From IMG/VR virus record IMGVR_UViG_3300025121_000094, positions 1 through 38,587 of that record: a DNA stretch of 38,587 nucleotides; one strand, 5' to 3'. The notes below the pieces were generated by a model that saw only the letters and a list, made by a program, of their open reading frames with translations, searched no databases and was not told where the DNA came from. The number at the start of each line of letters is the position of its first letter. The stretch's first letter is position 1. This stretch comes from a virus. Taxonomy: Duplodnaviria > Caudoviricetes. This document shows, piece after piece, positions 1 through 8,161 of the stretch. The position numbers and the translations under genes were made by a program.

Positions 1-61
1 CATAACCACTATTGATTATAGAAGAAATATTAAAATTATATGTATTTTTAACTTTGAACAT
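1..61 (-). CDS. N-terminal part of a ~57 aa Gly-rich peptide that continues across the window junction
   Basis: ATG at 61-59 overlaps the end of 48..446 and reads MFKVKNTYNFNISSIINSGY, then joins in frame to the GGT repeat at the window end. Confidence 0.75.
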   Translation of the reverse strand, partial: MFKVKNTYNFNISSIINSGY

Positions 62-446
62 TTGATTTTAAATTAAATATTGTTTGGTATGCTTCATCTG
101 TACATTCTATTACAGAATAATCTTCAATAATTATTTTTGTTGTAACAGTATCAGATATTTTTGAATCACTACTTATTCCTGTCATAGCAACTCCTTCATA
201 CCAACTAACAGAAGTGTCTAATGGTTTGTGATACCAAAGTCGTCTACAATTTTTTAATTCAATACCAGTTTCATCAGCCAAAACAACTTCACCTGCGTTT
301 ATTCCTTCATTTCTACTACGCACAATGACTTTCTTTCCAATCGCTCTATTTGCGATTGATTTTTTTCCATCCCATTTAATTACCGTTGGTTTTATTTCAG
401 ATTTAGGTACATAATCAATACCATCTATTTTAATTGTTTTTGTCAT
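48..446 (-). CDS. Phage protein, DUF6948-like (Sm-like barrel)
   Basis: Motif VIVRSRNEGINAG...LKNCRRLWY recognised from a phage family usually followed by a Gly-rich ORF. Confidence 0.65.
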   Translation of the reverse strand: MTKTIKIDGIDYVPKSEIKPTVIKWDGKKSIANRAIGKKVIVRSRNEGINAGEVVLADETGIELKNCRRLWYHKPLDTSVSWYEGVAMTGISSDSKISDTVTTKIIIEDYSVIECTDEAYQTIFNLKSNVQS

Positions 447-536
447 AATTTTTTATTTATTATTTAATTATTTGTTCTTTAGTTATCATAGTATAATTTT
501 CACAATCATATTTTTGATTATAATGAATTCCGTCTA

Positions 537-1511
537 TTACCATTCAATAACCCATTCAACTTTTTCTAATCCAAAACTTTGTTCCTTAGCTTTTACACAA
601 GTTTTTTCTTTTATCTGAATAAAATATTCACGACCAGTGGACGGACAAATACAATTGTAATAAATAAACGGCTCGTCAAATCCTTTTATTGTAAAGCTAA
701 TTACTTTATCAATATTTCCTTGTTCGTCTTTTTTTCGTTCATCTAATACCTGATAATCTTTTAACTCTTTCATTTTAGTTTTATCCATCAACCCATAAGC
801 AAGGCGACGTTGCTCTGTATTCTTAATAGCAAATACTTCTTGTGCTGATAATTTATTTTGAATTACTTTCTTCCAAAGTTTTTTATCAAATATTACTCCA
901 TGAATTTCATAAATTTTTTCACCTTTTGGCCATTCTATCGCAGATTTATCTAAAGAATGAAAACGATTTTGTTCATCAAAACAACATAATGGAATGGGAA
1001 CTAAATGCAATATATCTTTCCATTCACACCAATAACCAATTCCTGTTTCTTTTGCTTGTAAAAGTAGATCACAGTATTCAAGATATTTTTCATCATTTTC
1101 ATTTGGTAAATATTTTTCATCTGGATTTTCTTTATATTCAAAAGAAAAAATAAACCAATTAAAATCATAATCCATGGACGCACTGGACGCCATGGACGCC
1201 CTGGACGCCCTGTACGCCCTGTACGCATTGGACGCCCTGTACGCACTGGACGCCCTGTACGCCCTGTACGCCCTGTACGCATTGGACTCCCTGTACGCAC
1301 TGGACGCACTGGACGCCATGGACGCCATGGACAAAAATTCTTCATCTAAATCAATATACCATTTTATTTTTTTTGGTCTTGGAAGATTAAAAAGATCAAA
1401 TGTTTTTAATAACAATTCAGCACCTTTTTTTTTCTGTAATTGATAACTTTCTCTTTCAGATATTTTACACATTTTATCAAGTAACTTTGCTGTTTTTTTT
1501 GAATAATTCAT
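537..1511 (-). CDS. DUF6745-like protein with internal tripeptide repeat
   Basis: C-terminal [34 protein letters not shown] motifs; internal (S/Y)-x-A repeat. Confidence 0.75.
   Translation of the reverse strand: MNYSKKTAKLLDKMCKISERESYQLQKKKGAELLLKTFDLFNLPRPKKIKWYIDLDEEFLSMASMASSASSAYRESNAYRAYRAYRASSAYRASNAYRAYRASRASMASSASMDYDFNWFIFSFEYKENPDEKYLPNENDEKYLEYCDLLLQAKETGIGYWCEWKDILHLVPIPLCCFDEQNRFHSLDKSAIEWPKGEKIYEIHGVIFDKKLWKKVIQNKLSAQEVFAIKNTEQRRLAYGLMDKTKMKELKDYQVLDERKKDEQGNIDKVISFTIKGFDEPFIYYNCICPSTGREYFIQIKEKTCVKAKEQSFGLEKVEWVIEW
1172..1333. repeat. 18 x 9-bp GC-rich tandem repeat (units such as CCCTGTACG, CACTGGACG, CCATGGACG)
   Basis: Units counted directly; in frame within 537..1511. 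Confidence 0.95.
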
Positions 1512-1517
1512 ATATAT

Positions 1518-1841
1518 TTAATCAATTACTTCCTTCATTCCATTATGGGTATACTCAACCTGCCCACGAACTTCATAAATACCATCTTTAATTTTTGCTG
1601 ATTTTAAACCTCTTTTTCCTTCTCCATGTTCAACATGAAATAAAATAGTATTTTTTGCTTTCAAATAACCAATAACAAATTCTTCTTTTTTAACCGGATA
1701 AAATGATCCACCTTGAAATGAATGTGGATTACCACCTGAACCATTTTGCATAAGAATATTTGTCTTACTTACTTTTAATTCTTTTGGTAATTTATCTAAT
1801 TTTACTAGACAGAGATCACCGTGACGATATGCTTGTATCAT
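1518..1841 (-). CDS. Small His-containing partner protein of DUF6745-like genes
   Basis: YRHGDL, GNPHS, HVEH and GIYEVRGQVEY motifs; sits directly upstream of the DUF6745-like gene. Confidence 0.7.
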   Translation of the reverse strand: MIQAYRHGDLCLVKLDKLPKELKVSKTNILMQNGSGGNPHSFQGGSFYPVKKEEFVIGYLKAKNTILFHVEHGEGKRGLKSAKIKDGIYEVRGQVEYTHNGMKEVID

Positions 1842-1930
1842 ATATTTATTATTTATATAAATTATTATTCTTCTACAATATTTATTTAATTTTTTTAATT
1901 TATCAAGCAGTTTTATAACTTACTCAGGTT

Positions 1931-2215
1931 CTAATTAAAAGGTATTTCGTCTATATCAATAACTTTTTCTTGTGATGCTTGTGTTTGTGGAATTTGTTGT
2001 TGTGTTGTTTTTTGTTGGTTTGGTTCCCAAGTATCAACAGTTATCTCAACATCTTTACCATATTTATTTGGTTGGTTAAGAATATTGATATTAAGTTTTA
2101 CGAATTTATGTCCTTCGTATTCCTTAATATAATCAGTTAATTTCTCTGGATTGATTGTTGCTTTAATCCAAGTTTCTGATTTTTTTACTCCCTTACCCAC
2201 GTAAATTTTTTCCAT
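1931..2215 (-). CDS. Putative single-stranded DNA-binding protein
   Basis: Beta-rich N-terminus, Q-rich linker and acidic tail DIDEIPFN; near the annealase gene. Confidence 0.55.
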   Translation of the reverse strand: MEKIYVGKGVKKSETWIKATINPEKLTDYIKEYEGHKFVKLNINILNQPNKYGKDVEITVDTWEPNQQKTTQQQIPQTQASQEKVIDIDEIPFN

Positions 2216-2304
2216 AGTTTTTTTATTTATTGATTAAATTGTTTTTTATTTTTTATAGTCATATACTAGATTGCGTCTCTAACTTTAAAAGATATTATTC
2301 CTAA

Positions 2305-2628
2305 CTATGTAATAACAAAAATTCCCATTATTAGTATAAATAATAATATTATAATTATTGTTTTTACTGTTTTAATTAAATTATCTTGAGATTGTGCAAT
2401 TTCTAAATATTCTTTATTACAAATAACACATTTTGAATTACAAGGATCACTTCTTTTACCACCATCATTAAATAGTGAAGGACAAAGAAGGCATCCATTA
2501 TAATGCTCGTGTTCATAATGATACTTTATCCTGTTACATATAGCATTTGATGAACAAATACATTGTTTTTCATCAACACAACCTGTTTCTACTTCTGCCT
2601 GACAGCAGGAGAATGGTGGGTTAGTCAT
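2305..2628 (-). CDS. Cys-rich hypothetical protein with C-terminal TM helix
   Basis: Many Cys, hydrophobic C-terminus, ATGA overlap with the upstream gene. Confidence 0.6.
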   Translation of the reverse strand: MTNPPFSCCQAEVETGCVDEKQCICSSNAICNRIKYHYEHEHYNGCLLCPSLFNDGGKRSDPCNSKCVICNKEYLEIAQSQDNLIKTVKTIIIILLFILIMGIFVIT

Positions 2629-3068
2629 ATATTATTTTTAATTGTTAATAATCCATGATAAGCGCGATTTCCAATCGAAAAATAGGAAAGAGCTTTTTTA
2701 ATCGCGTCTGTTTGCGCACCTTTCATCCCGTCGCCAAAATCTCCCCTGGTTACGCGTGATTGTCCATCTGCTTCAGGCTTAAATTCTACATCTTTAATCC
2801 AAACTTGAATTGTGCATAAAGCAAGAGCATTATTTTTTTTATTTCCTTCTTTATCTAAGGTAACAAATTCTTTAATTGCTCTTGCTTTAATTTCAAAACC
2901 CCATTCACCAATATCAAACGCATTATTCATTGCGTCTATTACATATTGAGGTTTGTACCCCGAATAGCCACTATGATTATCAACAGAAATATTTATCGGC
3001 TCACCTTTTTTTAAAGTTTCATTAACAAGTTTAATTTTTTCTTTAATTGTTTTTTCTTTATTTTCCAT
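2625..3068 (-). CDS. Rad52/Rad22-family (Sak-like) single-strand annealing protein
   Basis: GYKPQYVIDAMNNAF..WGFE and GDGMKGAQTDAIKKALSYFSIG motifs. Confidence 0.8.
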   Translation of the reverse strand: MENKEKTIKEKIKLVNETLKKGEPINISVDNHSGYSGYKPQYVIDAMNNAFDIGEWGFEIKARAIKEFVTLDKEGNKKNNALALCTIQVWIKDVEFKPEADGQSRVTRGDFGDGMKGAQTDAIKKALSYFSIGNRAYHGLLTIKNNI

Positions 3069-3086
3069 ATATTTTATTTATATTGA

Positions 3087-3350
3087 TTATTCTATCTCAT
3101 CTATATCTCGCTCGGCATAAGTATCAGGTTGTGTATTCTTTAATCCTTTATTTGATTTTTGGCACTCATAACACATGACATCGGCTACGTGATAATGATA
3201 AAAGACAATGTTGGCAGAATTGACATCTTGGCCACAATATACACACTTGAATAACCTTGCAAATAAACTGTGGTTAATGTCGCGTAATTGTTTGCCTTCT
3301 TTTTTTTCCAAATCAATTCTTGCGTCTAAATTTTCTAAAGAATAAGTCAT
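3087..3350 (-). CDS. Zn-finger hypothetical protein
   Basis: CVYC...CYEC. Confidence 0.65.
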   Translation of the reverse strand: MTYSLENLDARIDLEKKEGKQLRDINHSLFARLFKCVYCGQDVNSANIVFYHYHVADVMCYECQKSNKGLKNTQPDTYAERDIDEIE

Positions 3351-3550
3351 ATAGTTTTCATAAAGTTAATTATTTTTTTATATTCTTCTATGGTTTTGCT
3401 ATAACATGGAGTCTTTAACATTTCCATTGTAAAACCATTTTTTTTATTTACCAACAATATTTTAAATAAATACTTATCAAATAGCTCGCACATTCTTATT
3501 TCCAGTTGTCCACCTGTCGGATCAACTTTGTGGCTTTTTAATATTCTCAT
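3347..3550 (-). CDS. Hypothetical protein
   Basis: ORF coupled by ATGA overlaps in the leftward operon. Confidence 0.6.
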   Translation of the reverse strand: MRILKSHKVDPTGGQLEIRMCELFDKYLFKILLVNKKNGFTMEMLKTPCYSKTIEEYKKIINFMKTI

Positions 3551-3627
3551 AAATTTGTATATAAAGCGACAAAAGATATTACTATGGACAAAAGAAAAGC
3601 AAAGGTATAATAAAGAATATTTTTCAT
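3547..3627 (-). CDS. 26 aa hydrophobic peptide (not in ORF track)
   Basis: MKNILYYTFAFLLSIVISFVALYTNL; ATGA overlaps at both ends fill the gap exactly. Confidence 0.6.
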   Translation of the reverse strand: MKNILYYTFAFLLSIVISFVALYTNL

Positions 3628-3860
3628 AGGTTTGAAATTATACCTTGATTGATACTATCTTCTGAAGTTAAACCACATTTTTTACAGTAACTAATACAAA
3701 CGCTTTCATCTGTATAAGGTATTACCATTTCATCGTCTTTCCATTCGTGATTGCATATCCTCCACAATTTAGCTTTTTTATAATTAACAAAATTCTCAAA
3801 GGTTAATTGAGAGTTTTTTTGCACATTAAGTGCTAATTTTTCCAATGTGTTAATTGTCAT
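3624..3860 (-). CDS. First gene of leftward early operon, Zn-ribbon-like
   Basis: CNHEW...YCKKCG motif; directly downstream of the leftward promoter. Confidence 0.65.
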   Translation of the reverse strand: MTINTLEKLALNVQKNSQLTFENFVNYKKAKLWRICNHEWKDDEMVIPYTDESVCISYCKKCGLTSEDSINQGIISNL

Positions 3861-3890
3861 AATGCTTGATCGTTAATGCTTATTACTTTC

Positions 3891-3919
3891 ATTGTATACC
3901 AAGCGGTACGGATAGTCAA
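3891..3919 (-). promoter_or_regulatory. Sigma70-type leftward promoter
   Basis: TTGACT-17 bp-TACAAT on the minus strand. Confidence 0.75.
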
Positions 3920-3925
3920 GGGTGG

Positions 3926-3945
3926 TTATCTACAACTTATCCACA
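3926..3945 (+). promoter_or_regulatory. Tandem DnaA-box-like 9-mers
   Basis: TTATCTACA (3926-34) and perfect TTATCCACA (3937-45) between divergent promoters. Confidence 0.55.
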
Positions 3946-3982
3946 ACCATATTGTCTATACAGCTATAATGGTTTTTAAATG

Positions 3983-3991
3983 TGCTATACT
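3983..3991 (+). promoter_or_regulatory. Extended -10 rightward promoter
   Basis: TGcTATACT. Confidence 0.55.
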
Positions 3992-4004
3992 AATTCCGGA
4001 ACAA

Positions 4005-4079
4005 GATCAAGCTGTTTTATATTAAGGCCTTAATATAGCCACCGAAAAAATGCTTGATCGTATTCCTCGGTGGCTTTTT
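4005..4079 (+). promoter_or_regulatory. Leader switch 1: terminator-like hairpin with an upstream anti-loop sequence
   Basis: Stem AGCCACCGA/TCGGTGGCT plus T-run; loop GCTTGATC is complementary to GATCAAGC at 4005-4012. Confidence 0.65.
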
Positions 4080-4200
4080 GTTTGAACCTATTATGCACGT
4101 TATCGGCTAGTCATTGATTGATAGCAATCACGCCAGAGACAAAACCACCAACGACATAATGGCTAAAAATAAAAAAGGTAAAAGTCTAGCCTAACCCTAG

Positions 4201-4268
4201 ATTATACCTTAAACGGTGAGAATGTTTTTATATCCTCCTTAAAACTTTTCTCCCGTTTAAGATGTAAT
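4201..4268. other. Long intergenic hairpin with CCTCCTT / AAGGAGG in its loop
   Basis: CTTAAACGG (4208-16) pairs with CCGTTTAAG (4253-61), plus GAGAA/TTCTC and GTTTT/AAAAC. Confidence 0.7.
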
Positions 4269-4275
4269 TTATAAT

Positions 4276-4533
4276 ATGAAAAATCAAATTAGAACAAAAA
4301 ATCAATGGCCTAAAAAATATCGCGTATCAGGATATTATTACGAAGATTTTACTCATTCTTATCCTAGAGCAGAAGCAATGGCTAAAAATATTTCTGCTGT
4401 TACTGATAGGTGGGGAAAAATAGAAGTAAAGAAATCAATTAAAAACAAGATTAAAAAATTTCAAATATTCTTTTGCTACCATTTAAAAAAGGGATTTGAT
4501 TATGATTATAAGGTTATTCCAAAATCGCGATAA
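4276..4533 (+). CDS. Basic hypothetical protein
   Basis: 85 aa ORF with AT-rich leader. Confidence 0.55.
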   Translation: MKNQIRTKNQWPKKYRVSGYYYEDFTHSYPRAEAMAKNISAVTDRWGKIEVKKSIKNKIKKFQIFFCYHLKKGFDYDYKVIPKSR

Positions 4534-4611
4534 TTTGTCGCGGTTTAAGATTGTATCTATTTATTTTTTGTGATATATTATATTATTCTATTAACTTTTA
4601 ACTATAAATTT

Positions 4612-4776
4612 ATGGAAATACTACTTGTTCAATTCATTGTTGGTTTAATTATTTTTGCTATTTTATGCTGGATTGTGTCGAAAGCACCAATCCCACAACC
4701 CTTTAGTTTTGTTGCTTATGCAATTTTAGGTTTAGTAGCAATTGTACTTTTATTAAGATTGTTTAATATATTCTAA
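4612..4776 (+). CDS. Small two-TM membrane protein (Thivi_2564-like)
   Basis: Two hydrophobic helices separated by APIPQPF; start moved to the ATG at 4612. Confidence 0.65.
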   Translation: MEILLVQFIVGLIIFAILCWIVSKAPIPQPFSFVAYAILGLVAIVLLLRLFNIF

Positions 4777-4897
4777 AAATCTATCCATTTGGAATAATTG
4801 CCTTACAAGAAAACAAGTAGAATTATCCTTATTGTTAGCCAAAAAGTAAGCATTTAACATTACTGGTATAATATAATATATAACAATCGTTATAAAG

Positions 4898-4943
4898 TTA
4901 TCCACAAGCTATCCTTGCTTTATTTATAAAGACAATCTATACT
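4898..4943 (+). promoter_or_regulatory. DnaA box plus sigma70 promoter
   Basis: TTATCCACA (4898-4906), then TTGCTT-17-TATACT. Confidence 0.65.
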
Positions 4944-4949
4944 ATATCT

Positions 4950-5360
4950 ACAAATTTAAAAGCATGTATTCATGCAGATGAAAGATAACAGTCTATTTCT
5001 AAATACATTTTAGTAGACTGATCAGCAGCAATGCTGGTCTTTCATCTAAAGTGTATTTTTATTTGTCATCCTGCATTGTAGGGGATCAATAACCCAATAA
5101 CCTACAAATGGCAATCCGACCAGAGTGAGGGATGTAAAAGTAATAGACTCTTCTCATGGATAACACTCATCTCAACGCCCATTGGACATTATTTGTACTT
5201 TAAAAACAATAAACAAATCATTTAAAAGCATTAGAGCTCTATTATTCTTATACAATTCTTTAATACAATAGAATATGTGCAAGGGTTGTGAGTTTAGGCT
5301 TGGTAGATTGGTAGAGGGTGGGGCTATACTAAGCATGCTAAGCATACTAAGAATATAAAA
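4950..5360 (+). ncRNA. Putative structured non-coding RNA / origin region A
   Basis: No credible ORF; multiple stems, GCAA-capped hairpin, terminal GAGGGTGGGG and 3 x 9-bp repeats. Confidence 0.45.
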
Positions 5361-5365
5361 AAGAT

Positions 5366-5524
5366 ATGGCAAGAAATAAAAGTATTTATATTAAGACTAT
5401 AGCTATTTCCAAAGAAGATCAGATTTATGTTAGAAAATATAAAAAAGATATGAATAAACAAACTGATGCCGGAGCTTTATCAGAAATAATAAATTTATTT
5501 AAAGAATATAAAGAAAAATTATGA
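5366..5524 (+). CDS. 52 aa putative ribbon-helix-helix DNA-binding protein (not in ORF track)
   Basis: MARNKSIYIKTIAISKEDQIYVRKYKKDMNKQTDAGALSEIINLFKEYKEKL; strand-helix-helix pattern; ATGA overlap with next ORF. Confidence 0.55.
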   Translation: MARNKSIYIKTIAISKEDQIYVRKYKKDMNKQTDAGALSEIINLFKEYKEKL

Positions 5525-5979
5525 AAGATATATCCGAAATCTTAACAGACTTACTCACACAATACCCGGAGAGTAGAAAGACAGATAATATCTACAAAGT
5601 TATTGAGTGGATGATGAAATATTACAAGGCAATTACTCCAGACGGTAGGTGGGATAGCCAGAAATATAAAGAAATGCCTTGTATATCTGGTATGTATCGT
5701 CGTTTAATTTAAATTAAGAAAGCCAACAACTGGTTTGATGATAAGGCAATGGCGCAAGAAAAGGCACATCATGAAGAACAGGCGACTCTTAAAGGCCGTG
5801 GTGATATAAAAACTTCACAGAAAGCAGAATCTGAAAGAATTTGCCCTATAGATAATCCAGTTGATGTTGCTAGGAAAGCCTTTGAGGAATATAAAATGCA
5901 TAAAGACTCAAAAGAATTTGAAGAATATTTACAAGAAGATGAAGAAAAACAACTTTGGCCAAAGGAAAATGAAAACTAA
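5521..5979 (+). pseudogene. Single reading frame split by one in-frame TAA (5710-5712)
   Basis: ORFs 5521..5712 and 5749..5979 share a frame, and the linker reads RRLI*IKKANNWFDDKAM. Confidence 0.5.
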
Positions 5980-6199
5980 ACAAAAGAAAACAATTAAACG
6001 TCAACGATGGGTATTGGTTGATGAAAATGGTCGTATGATATTTGATAGACTTGGAATAAATAATACTTGGGTTTTTGAAGAAAAATGGATTGCCGAAGAC
6101 AATTTTAAAAGACTATGTAGAATGTATACACCTGATAAATTTGTTAATTGGAAAATCGTTATTTGTACTATAACTTACGAAGTAGAACAATTACATTAA
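5969..6199 (+). CDS. Hypothetical protein
   Basis: Likely start is ATG 5969 rather than 5861. Confidence 0.6.
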   Translation: MKTKQKKTIKRQRWVLVDENGRMIFDRLGINNTWVFEEKWIAEDNFKRLCRMYTPDKFVNWKIVICTITYEVEQLH

Positions 6200-6222
6200 A
6201 TAATTAGTTAAAAAATAAATTT

Positions 6223-6756
6223 ATGGTAATAGAAGGAATGCATTATAACCCAGAATGTAATTGTAAAAATTGTATTGATATGAGTAAACAACAAAAACTT
6301 CATGAAGTAGCACAAAAAGCGAATCAAGATCAGAGAGAATTGATGGAGAAATCGAAATATGAAGAATGGGAAAAGAAGTTTGATAAATCATTTTATGAAA
6401 TAAAAGATTCCGTTATTTGTGGTCAAAATAACACTTTTACTTTTGATGAAAATTATTCCCAGCTTGGTGCAATTAAACAATTCATCTCTCAACAAATTTC
6501 TCTAGCAGAAGAACGAGTAAGGAAAGAAGAACGAGAGAAAATGTTTGATATATTAACTAGTGGCAAAGGCAGGGATACTCATGTTTGGTATTATTCATTA
6601 AATGATAATAATGAAATGAAAGCATATTTTGATGGTAAATATTTATCAATAAAAGAAAGTAAAAAAAACACTATTTTGTTAAGATCATTATTTTCTATGG
6701 TATTGATAGGTATTTTCTTTTTAATTATATATTTAATATCCATATTTACAATATGA
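6223..6756 (+). CDS. Hypothetical phage protein with C-terminal TM helix
   Basis: 177 aa ORF; hydrophobic C-terminus. Confidence 0.65.
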   Translation: MVIEGMHYNPECNCKNCIDMSKQQKLHEVAQKANQDQRELMEKSKYEEWEKKFDKSFYEIKDSVICGQNNTFTFDENYSQLGAIKQFISQQISLAEERVRKEEREKMFDILTSGKGRDTHVWYYSLNDNNEMKAYFDGKYLSIKESKKNTILLRSLFSMVLIGIFFLIIYLISIFTI

Positions 6757-7124
6757 GAGAACACGATTTACAAGTACAAATAATAACTTGGTGTAGATAT
6801 AACCAAGGAAAATATCCACAATTAAAGTTAATTTATGCTATTCCCAATCAAGCCAAGCGTTCTTTTGCTTTAGCCAATTATTTAAAAGCGGAAGGAATGG
6901 CAACTGGAGTACCGGATTTAGCAATTCCCGCACCAAATAAAACATTTTCTGCGCTTTATATAGAGCTTAAAATTGGAAAGAATAAGCCTACGCCAAAACA
7001 ACTGGAGTGGCATAAAATGTTAAGAGAATACGGCAATTGTGTATTTGTTAGTTATAATTTCGATGATACGATTGATATTATTAAAAATTATCTAAATAAT
7101 AATATTAAAAAATCTTATGTTTAA
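6753..7124 (+). CDS. VRR-NUC domain nuclease (resolvase-like)
   Basis: EHDLQ..AIPN..EGMATGVPDL..YIELK..PTPKQLEW. Confidence 0.9.
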   Translation: MREHDLQVQIITWCRYNQGKYPQLKLIYAIPNQAKRSFALANYLKAEGMATGVPDLAIPAPNKTFSALYIELKIGKNKPTPKQLEWHKMLREYGNCVFVSYNFDDTIDIIKNYLNNNIKKSYV

Positions 7125-7431
7125 AATGGTTTTTGAGATTGCAACTTCCGTAATGACTATTTTAGCTTTCTTTTATGCTGGAAAGTATAAATGGTGGGGT
7201 TGGTTATTGGGTTTAATATCCGAGATGATGTGGAACGCTATAATTATTTATCAAGAAATGTGGGGATTGTTGCCACAATCAGTGTTTTTATTGGTTATTT
7301 ATAGTTATAATATGGTAAAATGGTATAAACGTAATAAGCGAGAGGAAGAAATGGCCAATAAATATTTTATTGAAACACAAAATAATAAAAAAGTTTCTTA
7401 TACTACTAAAAAATGGCCAACTAATTGGTAA
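7117..7431 (+). CDS. Small multi-TM membrane protein, PnuC-like
   Basis: Three hydrophobic segments with WWGWLLGL..W pattern. Confidence 0.5.
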   Translation: MFKMVFEIATSVMTILAFFYAGKYKWWGWLLGLISEMMWNAIIIYQEMWGLLPQSVFLLVIYSYNMVKWYKRNKREEEMANKYFIETQNNKKVSYTTKKWPTNW

Positions 7432-7435
7432 TTAT

Positions 7436-7672
7436 ATGACTAAACACGAAAAACAAATATTAAAAGAATTTAAAGAAAGCCCCAAATTCAAATCAAGAAC
7501 TGCCAAGGCATTAGCCGAAGCTTTAGAAGCTGGCGCCAAAATATCCGAGATAGGTTTATTGTGGAATTATATTCAAGAAAAATATAAACAAGTTCCTATT
7601 AGTGAAAATAAACTACGGAATAAATTTAGATTTTATTGGTGTTTGTTAAATGATAAATTCAATGAAAAATGA
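7436..7672 (+). CDS. Hypothetical protein
   Basis: Likely start ATG 7436 (MTKHEKQ). Confidence 0.6.
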   Translation: MTKHEKQILKEFKESPKFKSRTAKALAEALEAGAKISEIGLLWNYIQEKYKQVPISENKLRNKFRFYWCLLNDKFNEK

Positions 7673-7728
7673 AATAGGTTTGCAAAACAGTCAAGACTTT
7701 TTAGTATTTTAGTGTATAATAGTCATAT

Positions 7729-7872
7729 ATGGAAAGTAAAATAAAAAAAGAATGTAAATGTTTGTGCCATATTGAAATAGCAGAACAAAAAAAGAAACTG
7801 ATCAAGCAACATCGTCATAAAATAGTAAGAATAAACTGTTTATTGCGCGATTGTAATCGTAATTTATATTAA
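7729..7872 (+). CDS. 47 aa Cys-containing peptide, possibly leaderless (not in ORF track)
   Basis: MESKIKKECKCLCH...; TATAAT at 7715-20 just upstream of the ATG. Confidence 0.45.
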   Translation: MESKIKKECKCLCHIEIAEQKKKLIKQHRHKIVRINCLLRDCNRNLY

Positions 7873-7881
7873 ATAAAACCT

Positions 7882-8151
7882 ATGTTTTTTCAAAAAGAAT
7901 TAAAAAAAGAAGATAAAAGACCGGATGATTATGAGTTTATTTTAACAATAGATTATATTCAAAAGATTTTAAATTTAGGGTATGGTATTATTTTAGAAAC
8001 AAAATTACATAAATTTGAATGGTATACTGGTAATAGTAATGAATTTATAAGTGATAATACTGAAATAAAACAATTAAGAACTGATAGAAAAGAGCTTAGA
8101 GATGAGATTGTTTCTATAGAATTTTATAGAAAAGAAAAAGGATTGATATAA
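7882..8151 (+). CDS. Hypothetical protein
   Basis: 89 aa ORF in operon. Confidence 0.6.
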   Translation: MFFQKELKKEDKRPDDYEFILTIDYIQKILNLGYGIILETKLHKFEWYTGNSNEFISDNTEIKQLRTDRKELRDEIVSIEFYRKEKGLI

Positions 8152-8161
8152 AAAATAAATT

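Noticed and set aside
1172-1333. Repeat as a CRISPR array or DGR variable region
   Set aside because: No spacers, no cas or reverse transcriptase gene, and no template repeat seen
1001-1443. ORFs 1001..1345 (-) and 1174..1443 (+) with RTG and DAL repeats
   Set aside because: Shadow frames of the stop-free 9-bp repeat inside 537..1511
3585-3611. Antisense promoter TGGACA...TATAAT
   Set aside because: Spacer is only 15 bp, and the segment is explained by a coupled 26 aa ORF on minus
4852-4879. dif/Xer-like site ATTTAACATTA-CTGGTA-TAATATAATAT
   Set aside because: Only one arm resembles the XerD site, the sequence is AT-rich, and it overlaps an extended -10 (TGGTATAAT); not supportable without host dif
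5172-5372. Minus-strand 66 aa ORF
   Set aside because: Non-ATG start, antisense to a promoter-led structured tract, and overlaps the better RHH-like ORF
7800-7808. GATCAAGCA matching the 4051 hairpin loop
   Set aside because: A 9-mer inside a coding region, plausible by chance
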